Shown: positions 19,969 through 31,565 of the stretch, in pieces
Layout: each line of letters begins with the position of its first letter
Numbering within the stretch: position 1 is the stretch's first letter
From: Bacteroidota bacterium
GTDB taxonomy: Bacteria > Bacteroidota > Bacteroidia > NS11-12g > UBA9320
DNA: 64,000 bases
Direction: 5' to 3'
NCBI GenBank assembly: GCA_002746305.1
Contig: NVWV01000002.1
Coordinates: 43,737-107,736, forward strand
Notes under the pieces: model-generated
Told to the model about the DNA's origin: nothing
What the model saw: the letters and a program-made list of their open reading frames with translations, nothing else
Databases searched by the model: none
Program-made: the position numbers and the translations under genes

Positions 19969-20448
19969 TTATTTCTGGGCCTTATTACCTTTACAGGACC
20001 AAGTAAATAAAAAGTTTGCGACTAGTTCACCTGCTGAATTCTTTGCTTCAACTGGTAATTTTATGGTTTCTCCTGAGGGGTTAAGCAACATATCTTTGAT
20101 GTATTGACTTACTTTTTGACCTTCATTACAAGAAAAGTAAATAATCCCAATTGCCTTTTTGTGATAGTCTGCTTGAGTGCTTACTAAAAGCATTGAAAAT
20201 GGTGAGCTATCCCTAAATTGAAAGAGGAGAAGTCCTGTGGCAAGTTCCGCTGCCATTTGCATAGCTGCAAAATATATAGACCTAAATGGATTCTGATTGA
20301 TCCATTTGAATTTTAATTGAGTTATGCTACCTGTATCATCCAGTTGTTTAAGCTTTACTCCGGCAATGAAGGCTAATGGAAGTTTTTTAAGTAAAAATAG
20401 CCAGAAGAATGGTCCCAAAGCCTGTTTCCTAAACAAAGAATTATTCAT
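19969..20448 (-). CDS. DUF4442-like (hot-dog fold, thioesterase-like) protein
   Basis: 159 aa. The pattern FWLFLLKKLPLAFIAGVKLKQLDDTGSITQLKFKWINQNPFRSIYFAAMQMAAE resembles DUF4442 proteins (LW..F..AGIKV...I.V.L...N.N...HFGG.YAM), recalled from memory. Overlaps the upstream gene by 8 nt. Confidence 0.45.
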   Translation of the reverse strand: MNNSLFRKQALGPFFWLFLLKKLPLAFIAGVKLKQLDDTGSITQLKFKWINQNPFRSIYFAAMQMAAELATGLLLFQFRDSSPFSMLLVSTQADYHKKAIGIIYFSCNEGQKVSQYIKDMLLNPSGETIKLPVEAKNSAGELVANFLFTWSCKGNKAQK

Positions 20449-20920
20449 ATTCTTTGTCCAATTGGTCAGATTCTTCGCCGCTTAGGTTAAGGTCTTCGAT
20501 GACTCTGGTTTTTAAAGGTCTAAAATAGACTAGTAAGATGACTAACATGAATGCATATAACATCAGATTATTTCTGCCAGTTAGATAAAATGCCATGATT
20601 GCAAGATAAATGGAACCTTCTAAGGCTGCCCACAAAATAATTTTATTGACTCTATACACATTTAGCTTATCAACTAATGTTCCTTTATCCATTTTTTTAA
20701 TGCGGCTCTTGCCATAGTAATGTGCCCCAGCTAATGAGGCAAATGCCAATATCGGGACTAAGAATTCGAAAATATCCATCCCCTTTTCGGAGCTAATAAC
20801 TTCATTGGCACGCACTTTTAAAGTATAAATTACTCCAACAATTAGGACTGAACCTAACGTAAGTAAAATATGAATTAGACTTAGATTCTTTAATATTTGG
20901 TACGGATGTCTATTGGTCAT
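20441..20920 (-). CDS. Four-TM hypothetical membrane protein translationally coupled to parC
   Basis: 159 aa with four hydrophobic segments. Its start overlaps the parC stop by 4 nt (ATGA). Confidence 0.5.
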   Translation of the reverse strand: MTNRHPYQILKNLSLIHILLTLGSVLIVGVIYTLKVRANEVISSEKGMDIFEFLVPILAFASLAGAHYYGKSRIKKMDKGTLVDKLNVYRVNKIILWAALEGSIYLAIMAFYLTGRNNLMLYAFMLVILLVYFRPLKTRVIEDLNLSGEESDQLDKEYE

Positions 20921-23733
20921 AATAAGCTAATTTGATCTCCACTTGTAAATGATTCTCCTTTATCCTCATCTGATTTAAGCTTTGAAACGTCGTTATCAGG
21001 AGTTTCTTTAGGTTCAGGTATGTCTTGTTCCTTAACTTTCTTAGCTATTATCTTTTTTGTAATAGGTAGTTTTGGAGCAACTTGTACTTCTTCTTTGATA
21101 TTCTCAATTACTTCATCAGATGATTCTATCGATTTAGGGGTTTCATCAATATCCCCATTATTCGAAGGTGGATTTTCATCTTCATTGTCAGTATCATCTG
21201 GAGGAGGAGCTGGGGGTGGGAGTAATTTTGCCTTTGCAAATTCTTTACCACATAGTTTATTTCCAATACTCTTCCAACCTTTAATGTCTATGAAGTCTAC
21301 AAGATTAACCTCATCTGTTTTCTTTTCGCCAGTCTTTGTTTTAATGGTAAGCTCAATAATAGGGCTGATTTGAGTAGTTACCAATATCATTTTACTTCCC
21401 CATCCTTCCGTAATAAAGCTAAATCGTTTGTCAGTAGAAGCTGTTTCAATATTGAAACGCTTCACACAATAGTTCTTACCATTTCCATCATAATGTAAAA
21501 CGGTTAGAATACTGTCAGAACTAAATTTTTCTATGAGTTTAATTTCTTTATTGGCATAGTGGTTAGTCAATTCATGACTTGTTAGTTCGTATTCCCCTGT
21601 TTCATAGATTACTAAGATTAAGTCATCTGTTTGAAAACTACCTAAATAATCCCCACGTTCATGAACGTTTAGACGGCCAATTCCCTTTTCGTACCAAATA
21701 TCTCTTCCTCCAATGGTAGAAACTCCTTTTTCCTTCAAGTCTACTTTACGAACGGGGTGTTTACTGACCATATTCCCTTGACTTGTTCGTCCTTTTATTG
21801 CCAAATCGGCAAAGTCATAGTCAAACAGTTTATTTCTAGCCTTGGCAGCAGAATGTAGGTATACATTAACTACTTCGGCTTCACCATTTGGATTTATGGT
21901 AAAATACTGTAGCTTACTTCCTTCAGCACCTTTGGTTACATCATATTGCTTATCACGTGTAATGCTTGTAACATTAAAACGCTTTGCATAGGTCTTTTTA
22001 CTCTTGCCATCTGAATAGATTGCATTGTATGTCTTTCTCTCATCATTCTTTCGGAAAACAGCTACATGTATTATATTTTTACCAAAGAATGCCTTAGCAG
22101 AAACGCGACTTACTGAGTATGTCCCATCCTTACGGAAGACGATAACGTCATCAATATCTGAACAATCGCAGATGTATTCTTCTTTCTTAATGCCTGTTCC
22201 AACAAAACCTTCATCCAGATTAGCATAGAGCTTTTCGTTTGCGACAGCAACCACTTTAGTGTTGATCTCTTCAAAATTTTTGATCTCTGTTTTACGCTCT
22301 TTGCCTTTACCAAATTTATCAAGTAAGTTTTGGTAGTATGCTATTGAAAATTCTATAAGATTGTTTAAATGATGATTAACCTCACTAAGGGCATCCTCAA
22401 TACTCTTGAGTAATTCATCAGCTTTAAAAGTATCAAATTTGGAGATACGCTTGATTTTTATCTCAGTAAGACGAATAATATCTTCTTCCGTAACCTTACG
22501 TTTTAGGTGATTAACGTGTGGTTTTAAGCCTTTGTCAATGGCCAGAATAACAGCCTCCCAGGTTTCTGCTTCTTCAATATCTCTATAGATACGTTCTTCT
22601 ATAAATATTTTCTCAAGTGAGCTAAAATGCCATTTTTCCTCAAGTTCTTTTCGTTTTATCTCAAGTTCTGCCTTTAGAAGATCAACGGTATTATCTGTAT
22701 TGATTTTTAGTATATCAGATATTCCCAAGAACATTGGTTTTTTGTCTACAATTACACAGGCATTTGGAGATATAGAATTCTCACAATTGGTAAATGCATA
22801 GAGAGCATCAATTGTCTTGTCAGTAGAGATCCCGTTGGGTAGTTGTATTTCTACTTCTACATACCTAGCAGTATTGTCAACTACCTTCTTAATTTTGATT
22901 TTGCCTTTATCGTTTGCCTTTAGAATACTGTCTATTAAGGAACCTGTAGTAGTCCCGTAGGGTACATCAGTAATGAGCAAAGTATTCTTATCTTTTTCTA
23001 CAATAGTAGCTCGTACCTTTACCTTGCCACCCCGTCTTCCATCTTGGTAATCAGATACATCTACTTGTCCTCCAGTTTGAAAATCTGGATAGATAGTAGG
23101 TGTTTTACCCTCCAATAGTTTGATACTACCTTTTACCAACTCAATGAAATTATGAGGCATAATCTTGGTACTTAAACCAACTGCAATACCTTCAACACCT
23201 TGAGCTAGGAGGAGAGGAAACTTTACTGGAAGTGTAATGGGTTCATTTTTTCGACCATCATAACTCTTTTGCCACTCTGTAGTTTGTTTATTAAATGCAA
23301 TCTCTAGTGCAAATTTATTTAGGCGAGCTTCTATATATCTAGGAGCCGCCGCACCGTCTCCTGTTCGGATATCACCCCAATTGCCTTGACAGTCAATTAG
23401 TAGTTCCTTTTGCCCCAGGTTGATGATGGCCCCACCAATCGCTGCATCACCATGTGGGTGGTACTGCATAGTACTGCCAATCACGTTGGCAACTTTGTTA
23501 TATCGTCCATCGTCCAGCTCCTTCATTGCATGAAGGAATCTACGCTGCACGGGTTTTAATCCGTCATTAATATGGGGTACAGCACGTTCTAAAATCACAT
23601 AACTAGCGTAGTCCAAAAACCAATCTTCATACATACCCTTTACGGCACGTTGACCATCCTTCAAGTCTATCTTAGTGACCTTTTCTTCAGGATTTGGCTC
23701 TAAATTATTTTCTAACTCTTCGTTTTCGTCCAT
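20917..23733 (-). CDS. parC: Type IIA topoisomerase A subunit, most likely topoisomerase IV subunit A (ParC-like), with a Pro-rich/acidic disordered C-terminal tail
   Basis: 938 aa. DNA-breakage-reunion domain with LKPVQRRFLHAMKEL and HPHGDAAIGGAII, containing the catalytic Tyr. Lies immediately downstream of a B-subunit gene, in ParE-ParC arrangement. The tail is LPPPAPPPDDTDNEDENPPSNNGD.... GyrA cannot be excluded without phylogeny. Confidence 0.75.
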   Translation of the reverse strand: MDENEELENNLEPNPEEKVTKIDLKDGQRAVKGMYEDWFLDYASYVILERAVPHINDGLKPVQRRFLHAMKELDDGRYNKVANVIGSTMQYHPHGDAAIGGAIINLGQKELLIDCQGNWGDIRTGDGAAAPRYIEARLNKFALEIAFNKQTTEWQKSYDGRKNEPITLPVKFPLLLAQGVEGIAVGLSTKIMPHNFIELVKGSIKLLEGKTPTIYPDFQTGGQVDVSDYQDGRRGGKVKVRATIVEKDKNTLLITDVPYGTTTGSLIDSILKANDKGKIKIKKVVDNTARYVEVEIQLPNGISTDKTIDALYAFTNCENSISPNACVIVDKKPMFLGISDILKINTDNTVDLLKAELEIKRKELEEKWHFSSLEKIFIEERIYRDIEEAETWEAVILAIDKGLKPHVNHLKRKVTEEDIIRLTEIKIKRISKFDTFKADELLKSIEDALSEVNHHLNNLIEFSIAYYQNLLDKFGKGKERKTEIKNFEEINTKVVAVANEKLYANLDEGFVGTGIKKEEYICDCSDIDDVIVFRKDGTYSVSRVSAKAFFGKNIIHVAVFRKNDERKTYNAIYSDGKSKKTYAKRFNVTSITRDKQYDVTKGAEGSKLQYFTINPNGEAEVVNVYLHSAAKARNKLFDYDFADLAIKGRTSQGNMVSKHPVRKVDLKEKGVSTIGGRDIWYEKGIGRLNVHERGDYLGSFQTDDLILVIYETGEYELTSHELTNHYANKEIKLIEKFSSDSILTVLHYDGNGKNYCVKRFNIETASTDKRFSFITEGWGSKMILVTTQISPIIELTIKTKTGEKKTDEVNLVDFIDIKGWKSIGNKLCGKEFAKAKLLPPPAPPPDDTDNEDENPPSNNGDIDETPKSIESSDEVIENIKEEVQVAPKLPITKKIIAKKVKEQDIPEPKETPDNDVSKLKSDEDKGESFTSGDQISLL

Positions 23734-23736
23734 TTC

Positions 23737-25644
23737 TTAGGCAGCTTCAGTTGTTTCGTTCTCTTTTGCTTTCGATGTTCCCGATGCTTCGGACCCTTCT
23801 TCATCACTTGTTTCGTCTATTTCAACACGCAGGTTGTTAATGATAAACTGCTGTCTTTCTTGGGTGTTTTTTCCCATATAGTATTCGAGAATCTTATTAA
23901 TGTTAGAATCCTCGCTAAGTAGTACAGGTTCCAAACGAATATCATCTCCAATAAATGCTCCAAACTCGTCTGGTGATATTTCACCCAAACCTTTGAATCG
24001 TGTAATTTCTGCTGACTTACCTAGCTTTCGAATTGCATCAAAACGTTCTCGATCTGTATAACAGTATAAGGTTTCCTTCTTATTTCTGACTCTGAACAAA
24101 GGTGTTTCTAAAATGTAAACATGGCCCTTGCGTACTAGGTCAGGAAAAAATTGAAGGAAGAAGGTTAAGATAAGTAGTCTAATGTGCATACCATCAACAT
24201 CTGCATCGGTTGCTATTACTACTTTATTATATCTTAAATCGTCTAAACTTTCTTCAATTTTTAATGCATGTTGAAGAAGATTGAACTCTTCATTTTCATA
24301 TACAATTTTTTTCTTTAACCCAAAACAGTTAAGTGGCTTTCCCCGTAAACTGAATACCGCCTGAGTTTGCACATCCCTCGCCTTAGTTATACTTCCGGAT
24401 GCAGAGTCTCCCTCGGTAATGAATAACATGGTATCCAAGTGATTTTCTTTCTTTTCATCAGTGAAATGCACCCTGCAATCTCTTAATTTTTTGTTGTGAA
24501 CACTGGCTTTTTTAGCTCTCTCACGAGCAATTTTACGCACCCCAGCCATATCCTTACGTTCTCGTTCACTTTGTTGTATTTTCCGCAACAAGGCATCAGC
24601 AACTTTAGGATTTTTATGCAAAAAATTATCCAATTGCGATTTGACAAACTGATTAATTTCAGCTTTTAAAGAAGCTCCATCTGGAGCAATCTCTGTACTC
24701 CCTAGTTTTGTTTTTGTTTGTGATTCAAAAACAGGTTCTTGTATTCTAACGGAAATAGCCGAAACCAATGATGCTCTAATATCTGTAGGTTCGAAGCTCT
24801 TACCATAAAAATCTCTTATGGTACGTACCAAAGCTTCTTTGAATGCTGCAACGTGCGTACCCCCTTGAGTTGTATTTTGTCCATTAACAAATGAGTAATA
24901 GTCTTCTCCGTAGTGGTTGTCATGCGTTATAGCCATTTCTATATCACCTTCTTTTAGGTGAATAATGGGATATCTGTTTTCTTCTTCGTTGGTTTTTCTA
25001 CTCAATAAATCTAATAATCCGTTTTTACTGAAATACTTGTTGCCATTAAAGTTAATGGTCAAACCGGCATTCAGATATACATAGTTCCACATCTGATTAT
25101 CGATGTATTCATTGATGTATTTATGCGTTTTAAAGATATCAATATCGGCGGTATATTCAACGTAAGTACCGTTCTTTTCCTCGGTACTTCCTTCATCTTC
25201 ACTTATTAGTTCCCCTCTTTCAAATATGGCTGTTTTATACTTGCCCTCTCTAAAACTTTGAACCATGAAATAGGAGGATAGAGCATTTACAGCCTTGGTA
25301 CCTACACCATTTAAACCTACTGACTTTTGGAAGACATTGCTATCGTACTTGGCACCTGTATTAATTTTACTGACTACATCAACTACCTTACCCAATGGAA
25401 TACCACGACCAAAATCGCGAACGGAAACTTGATTATCTGCCAGTTTAATTTCGATTCTCTTACCATTACCCATCATAAACTCATCAATAGAGTTGTCTGC
25501 TACTTCCTTCATCATAATATAGATTCCGTCTTCAGCAGATGAGCCATTTCCGAGCTTACCTATATACATGCCTGGGCGGAGGCGTATATGTTCTTTCCAG
25601 TCTAACGACCTTATACTGTCTTCGTTGTATTGATTTTCAGCCAT
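23737..25644 (-). CDS. parE: Type IIA topoisomerase B subunit, most likely topoisomerase IV subunit B (ParE-like)
   Basis: 635 aa. GHKL ATPase N-terminus with [31 protein letters not shown]-terminal acidic tail. Length fits ParE. Confidence 0.8.
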   Translation of the reverse strand: MAENQYNEDSIRSLDWKEHIRLRPGMYIGKLGNGSSAEDGIYIMMKEVADNSIDEFMMGNGKRIEIKLADNQVSVRDFGRGIPLGKVVDVVSKINTGAKYDSNVFQKSVGLNGVGTKAVNALSSYFMVQSFREGKYKTAIFERGELISEDEGSTEEKNGTYVEYTADIDIFKTHKYINEYIDNQMWNYVYLNAGLTINFNGNKYFSKNGLLDLLSRKTNEEENRYPIIHLKEGDIEMAITHDNHYGEDYYSFVNGQNTTQGGTHVAAFKEALVRTIRDFYGKSFEPTDIRASLVSAISVRIQEPVFESQTKTKLGSTEIAPDGASLKAEINQFVKSQLDNFLHKNPKVADALLRKIQQSERERKDMAGVRKIARERAKKASVHNKKLRDCRVHFTDEKKENHLDTMLFITEGDSASGSITKARDVQTQAVFSLRGKPLNCFGLKKKIVYENEEFNLLQHALKIEESLDDLRYNKVVIATDADVDGMHIRLLILTFFLQFFPDLVRKGHVYILETPLFRVRNKKETLYCYTDRERFDAIRKLGKSAEITRFKGLGEISPDEFGAFIGDDIRLEPVLLSEDSNINKILEYYMGKNTQERQQFIINNLRVEIDETSDEEGSEASGTSKAKENETTEAA

Positions 25645-25914
25645 TTATGCTTGGGTAATTGTATTGTCTATGGTGTAACGCCCAAATGTAGTATACATCG
25701 GGGTTTATGAGTAATGACACGTTCTATTTTTTTATAAACAAGGAAGTGGATAATTATGGGTAACGGGTAAATATGGATTGAAGATTGGTTGAATGTTGTA
25801 GAGTTCTTGGTCTTTTATCAGACCTAACTGGAGACTAAATATCAAACAAGTGATGGATTTGAAGTTTTTGAAGAATTATATATTACATTCGAGAATGGAA
25901 TATTCTAAAGTCCT

Positions 25915-26409
25915 TTGAACCTAGCCATAGACATATACTACAAGGAAAATCAAGCGACCTGTATAGGTGTATTATTTGAGTGGGATGATAAAGAACCTCG
26001 AAAAGTGATTAAGGCCTATCTAAAAGACGTAGCTGAATATGTTTCTGGTCAGTTTTACAAACGAGAGCTGCCTTGTGTAATGGCTGTAGTTTATCAAGTA
26101 AAACAATACAAAATTGATTGTATCATAGTAGATGGTCATGTTCAACTTGGTGAAGGGGAAAAAGGTCTAGGAGAATATGTGTACGAAGCAGTAGAAAAGC
26201 AATATCCTGTGATAGGAATAGCTAAGAAAAGTTATTTTAACAATAGAGATTATGTGCAAGAGGTTAGAAGGGGAGAGAGTGAAAGCCCATTATATGTTTC
26301 AGCTATTGGTACTGATTTGGAAGAAGCCGCTCTCTGGGTTAAAGAAATGCATGGAGACTTTCGTTTTCCAAGTATTCTCAAAGAATTGGACCGCTTGACT
26401 AGAGAATAG
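25915..26409 (+). CDS. nfi: Endonuclease V-like (Nfi family) protein, N-terminally short (TTG start, or upstream frameshifted ATG at 25895)
   Basis: 164 aa. Matches EndoV core motifs: catalytic-Asp region LAIDIYY (cf. GADVGF / GVDLSF), IIVDGHVQLGEGEKGLGEY (cf. VDGHG...R.LG) and IGIAKKSY (cf. IGVAKK). It lacks the ~35-aa N-terminal segment of E. coli and Thermotoga EndoV. Confidence 0.5.
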   Translation: MNLAIDIYYKENQATCIGVLFEWDDKEPRKVIKAYLKDVAEYVSGQFYKRELPCVMAVVYQVKQYKIDCIIVDGHVQLGEGEKGLGEYVYEAVEKQYPVIGIAKKSYFNNRDYVQEVRRGESESPLYVSAIGTDLEEAALWVKEMHGDFRFPSILKELDRLTRE

Positions 26410-26414
26410 AAAGT

Positions 26415-26446
26415 AAAAAGGCCCCCAGTTAAACTGAGAGCCTTTT
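26415..26446. terminator. Imperfect bidirectional hairpin terminator between nfi-like (+) and the RRM gene (-)
   Basis: aaaaagg-cccccagttaaactgagag-ccttttgg. Outer stem AAAAGG/CCTTTT with a structured loop. Flanked by A and T runs. Confidence 0.45.
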
Positions 26447-26465
26447 GGAAATTGATCTAAATATC

Positions 26466-26732
26466 TTAGTATCTTCTTTCGCTTCTTTGAGGTCTGTCTT
26501 CAGCAACCTTTACTATTATGCTTCTACCTTCATAAGTAGACTCATTAAGTTCAGAAATTGCGTTCTGACCAGCGGCATCATCAGCCATTTCAACAAAACC
26601 AAATCCTTTGGATCTGTTTCTGTCTCTGTCAAAAATTACTTTAGAAGATGTTACTTCGCCAAATGGCTCAAAGATGTCTCTTAAATCTTGGTCGTCTGCA
26701 CTAAATGGCAAACTTGCTACAAAAATGTTCAT
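26466..26732 (-). CDS. RRM-type RNA-binding protein
   Basis: 88 aa. RNP-2 IFVASL and RNP-1 KGFGFVEM motifs. Glycine-free short C-tail. Confidence 0.85.
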   Translation of the reverse strand: MNIFVASLPFSADDQDLRDIFEPFGEVTSSKVIFDRDRNRSKGFGFVEMADDAAGQNAISELNESTYEGRSIIVKVAEDRPQRSERRY

Positions 26733-26860
26733 TGTGTATTATAAAAAAATATATGTGTATTAGAGGCAACTGCTATGACAGGAGCATTTTGAATTAACCG
26801 AAAAAGTCATTTTGTACCTCAAATGAGTCACAAAGGTAATATAAAAGACTAGTCTGACTA

Positions 26861-27715
26861 TTAAATCTTCTTTTTTAAGACCAAACTAACCAAAATACCG
26901 CCAGAAATATACATTATTAGGCTATATACTGCAGGTGCAATCCCATAATCGGTGTTGTTTAATAGGGTAGCTGCGATAGCCAAAGCTAACGTTCCATTTT
27001 GAATTCCAGATTCTAAAGAGATAGTAGTGGACTGTTTAGCAGATAATGAGAATAACCGTGCAGTGATAAAACCTACCAACATTGTTGAAACGTTGAGTAA
27101 TACGGCCAGAACCCCAGCCTGAACAAAGTAGGATAGGATTACATCACGTTTTGAAATTATAATACCTACAATAATAAGTGCCAGTAAAATAACTGAAATT
27201 ATTCGAATAGGCTTGGCCATTTTGTCTGCGAAGTTGGAATTTAAATGTTTTATAAGCATCCCAAGAGCCATTGGCACAATAATGACAAGAAACATTTGGC
27301 CAATTGTTTTTATCACATTAAGTTGAATACTTTGTCCTTCTCCAGCAAATTGTTCGAGTGCAAAGTTTATAATAAATGGAATTGTGAAAATGGTAATGAT
27401 ACTTGTAATAGCAGTTAATGTTACTGAAAGTGCTGTGTCAGCTTTAGCCAGTAGACTTAGAAGGTTGGAAGTGGGACCGCCTGGGCAAGCTGCTAAAACC
27501 ATAATACCAATAGCCACTTCTGGGCTTGTTGGAATCAAACAGAGGAGTCCATATCCAATCAGGGGTAAAAGTATTAGTTGATTGAGTAAGCCAATGGCTA
27601 TGGCTTTAGGTTTTTGAAGTACACGTTTAAAATCTGCCATTACCAGTGATAGCCCCATTCCCCACATGGTAAAAATAAGTGCTAGGCCAAGGATTAAAGT
27701 TGATGTTTTATCCAT
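26861..27715 (-). CDS. Bile acid:sodium symporter (BASS/SBF-like) family transporter
   Basis: 284 aa polytopic membrane protein. GIMVLAACPGGPTSNLLSLLAKAD resembles the BASS family core. Confidence 0.7.
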   Translation of the reverse strand: MDKTSTLILGLALIFTMWGMGLSLVMADFKRVLQKPKAIAIGLLNQLILLPLIGYGLLCLIPTSPEVAIGIMVLAACPGGPTSNLLSLLAKADTALSVTLTAITSIITIFTIPFIINFALEQFAGEGQSIQLNVIKTIGQMFLVIIVPMALGMLIKHLNSNFADKMAKPIRIISVILLALIIVGIIISKRDVILSYFVQAGVLAVLLNVSTMLVGFITARLFSLSAKQSTTISLESGIQNGTLALAIAATLLNNTDYGIAPAVYSLIMYISGGILVSLVLKKKI

Positions 27716-27825
27716 TGTAGTTTGATTTTTAGGTTGAATGCAATCCGAAGTTAGTTTTGGTACGCCAATTATACATTAACTATTTACTTTTACCAATATA
27801 AACCGCTAATATTGCAGCCTTTTAG

Positions 27826-29454
<1,629 letters not shown>

Positions 29455-29476
29455 ATTAACAAGGGAAATATTAAAC

Positions 29477-30175
29477 ATGAAAAAAATAATACTAGTAGCT
29501 ATTGCAGCATTTATGATAAGCTCATGTAGCGAATCGGAATCGAAACAGATAGACACTTCAAATGCTACAGAATTGGCTACAGAATTGGACTCTGTAAGTT
29601 ATCTTTTGGGAATAAACTTTGGTACAGACATTAATAAAAACTCTGGCCTAAAAAAACTAGATAACAAATCGTTTTTGACTGGAATACAACGTGTGTTTGA
29701 TGGCAAAGAAAATGAAATTAGCGATGAAGATGCAAATACGTTCATGCGAGCTTATTTTGCTAAACTTCAAAAAGCGAAAGTGGCATTGGATTTAGCTAAA
29801 AACGATTCGTTTTTAGCGGCTAATCGAGCAATTGAAGGAGTGAAGGTGACTCAAAGCGGTTTACAATATAGAGTAATCACCGAGGGTCATGGTGCTATTC
29901 CAGAGGTAGGAGATACTGTTAAAGTACACTATACCGGAAAATTCATGGACGGTAAAGTTTTTGATAGTTCTGTTGAAAGGGGTGAACCTATGGATATTAA
30001 AAATAACCAAGTTATTAAGGGATGGACAGAAGCACTAACTATGATGCCGGTTGGGTCTAAGTGGGAATTGGTTATTCCGTCAGATTTAGCATATGGTGAA
30101 AGAGGTAGTGGGCGTATTCCTGCTAATGCTGCTTTGATTTTTGAAGTAGAATTATTGGATTTTACGAAAGAGTAA
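29477..30175 (+). CDS. FKBP-type peptidyl-prolyl cis-trans isomerase lipoprotein (FkpA/FklB-like)
   Basis: Start moved to the ATG at 29477 (MKKIILVAIAAFMISSCS lipobox) to avoid overlap with the ABC-F gene. FKBP domain GLQYRVITEGHG...VKVHYTGKFMDGKVFDSS...GWTEAL...LIFEVELLDF. Confidence 0.9.
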   Translation: MKKIILVAIAAFMISSCSESESKQIDTSNATELATELDSVSYLLGINFGTDINKNSGLKKLDNKSFLTGIQRVFDGKENEISDEDANTFMRAYFAKLQKAKVALDLAKNDSFLAANRAIEGVKVTQSGLQYRVITEGHGAIPEVGDTVKVHYTGKFMDGKVFDSSVERGEPMDIKNNQVIKGWTEALTMMPVGSKWELVIPSDLAYGERGSGRIPANAALIFEVELLDFTKE

Positions 30176-30185
30176 ATCGAGCTGA

Positions 30186-30884
30186 ATGTTGAACCTTTTA
30201 CTTTTAAGTAACTCAACTAACAAAGGTGAAGAATATATGCAATGGTGCAATAGTATCATTGCATCTTTTGTTTTAGAGCATAAGCAGAATATAGTTTTCA
30301 TACCCTATGCTGCGGTGGGTTTTACGTATGAATTGTATACTAATAAGGTTAATGAGACTCTTGTATCTGAAGGTATTGAGGTTAAAAACATTGCCAGTTT
30401 TGAAAATAGACATAAAGCTATTGAAGAGGCTAGTGCAATATTCGTAGGCGGTGGAAATACATTCCATCTTCTGAAAACATTAGAAGATGAGAATCTAGTA
30501 GAATTAATTCGGAAAAAAGTTAATTCAGGCATCCCTTATGTAGGTTGGAGTGCCGGCTCAAACATAGCAAGTCCAACGATTTGTACAACCAATGATATGC
30601 CTATTGTTGAGCCAAAGTCCTTTAAAGCCTTGGACTTAGTTAAGTTTCAAATCAACCCTCATTATACGGAAGAAACTTTGCCAAACCATGGTGGAGAATC
30701 AAGGTTACAGCGATTACAGGAGTACATTGCAGCCAACAAAGAAGAACGAATAGTATGCCTACCGGAGGCTACCTATTTAGTCGTGGAAGATGATCTGATT
30801 ACATTTTCGGGGAATAAGACAGGGAAAATTTTAGGTTCCAAGATAGAAGAGATTATAACTGACGGACAGTCGCTTATTGGCTAA
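30186..30884 (+). CDS. pepE: Dipeptidase E (peptidase S51, alpha-aspartyl dipeptidase)
   Basis: 232 aa. LLLLSNS N-terminus, GGGNTFHLL and GWSAGSN (catalytic Ser) motifs of S51. Confidence 0.85.
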   Translation: MLNLLLLSNSTNKGEEYMQWCNSIIASFVLEHKQNIVFIPYAAVGFTYELYTNKVNETLVSEGIEVKNIASFENRHKAIEEASAIFVGGGNTFHLLKTLEDENLVELIRKKVNSGIPYVGWSAGSNIASPTICTTNDMPIVEPKSFKALDLVKFQINPHYTEETLPNHGGESRLQRLQEYIAANKEERIVCLPEATYLVVEDDLITFSGNKTGKILGSKIEEIITDGQSLIG

Positions 30885-30962
30885 AAAATGACTTTTGAAT
30901 GCACCAATGAGAATTTGCATTCACAGAAATACGTGTATAATTGCACTTTATATAACTATACA

Positions 30963-31511
30963 ATGAAAAATTTTAGCTTAATATTATTCGCATTGACTGC
31001 GATATCTTTTGGAACAACCTTTACGGGTTGCGGACCTGACAATGATCCTGTAATTATTACAGATACAACAACAACTGGTGGTAATGAAGATCCTGTTTTC
31101 GCAAATAGCCTTAAAGTTGGCTTTGTGCAGTATGATTTAACCACTGTAGATGACAAGACATTTGGAGTTTATAATACCGCTTCTAACCTAACATATATTA
31201 GCGTATTTGGAAATGATGCAGATGAAGGTGATGCCGATTTCAATATTGAAATTCCAGGTACTGATACTGGAACTTTTACAACCCATAATGCAGGTGGAGG
31301 TGTATTTGAGTGTGGCACAGGGACTGAAGGTGACATAAAAAGACAAGAGTACAGTGCAGATAATTCTGAGTTTACGATTAAAGTAACTGAGTATGGAGCT
31401 GTAGGAGAAAAAATAAAAGGAACCTTTTCTGGAAAAGTAAAAAGAGGTACCAACTCAATAGATGTTCCCAAAGGAAAATTTGAAGTTACAAGAAGTCCTA
31501 ATGAAGGATAA
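30963..31511 (+). CDS. Hypothetical Thr/Gly/Asp-rich lipoprotein
   Basis: Start chosen at the internal ATG 30963 (MKNFSLILFALTAISFGTTFTGCGPD, lipobox) rather than 30888. No family recognised. Confidence 0.5.
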   Translation: MKNFSLILFALTAISFGTTFTGCGPDNDPVIITDTTTTGGNEDPVFANSLKVGFVQYDLTTVDDKTFGVYNTASNLTYISVFGNDADEGDADFNIEIPGTDTGTFTTHNAGGGVFECGTGTEGDIKRQEYSADNSEFTIKVTEYGAVGEKIKGTFSGKVKRGTNSIDVPKGKFEVTRSPNEG

Positions 31512-31530
31512 TACTTGTTAGAATATTTAA

Positions 31531-31563
31531 AAAGTCCCTTTATTGATAAAGGGACTTTTTTTT
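31531..31563. terminator. Rho-independent terminator (AGTCCCTTT-attgat-AAAGGGACT followed by T8) between two convergent genes
   Basis: A perfect 9-bp stem and tttttttt are read directly from the sequence. Confidence 0.75.
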
Positions 31564-31565
31564 GC

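Noticed and set aside
30888-30962. The upstream start (30888) for the lipoprotein gene
   Set aside because: The N-terminal 25 residues (MTFECTNENLHSQ…) are not signal-like. The ATG at 30963 gives MKNFSL…FTGC, a lipobox.
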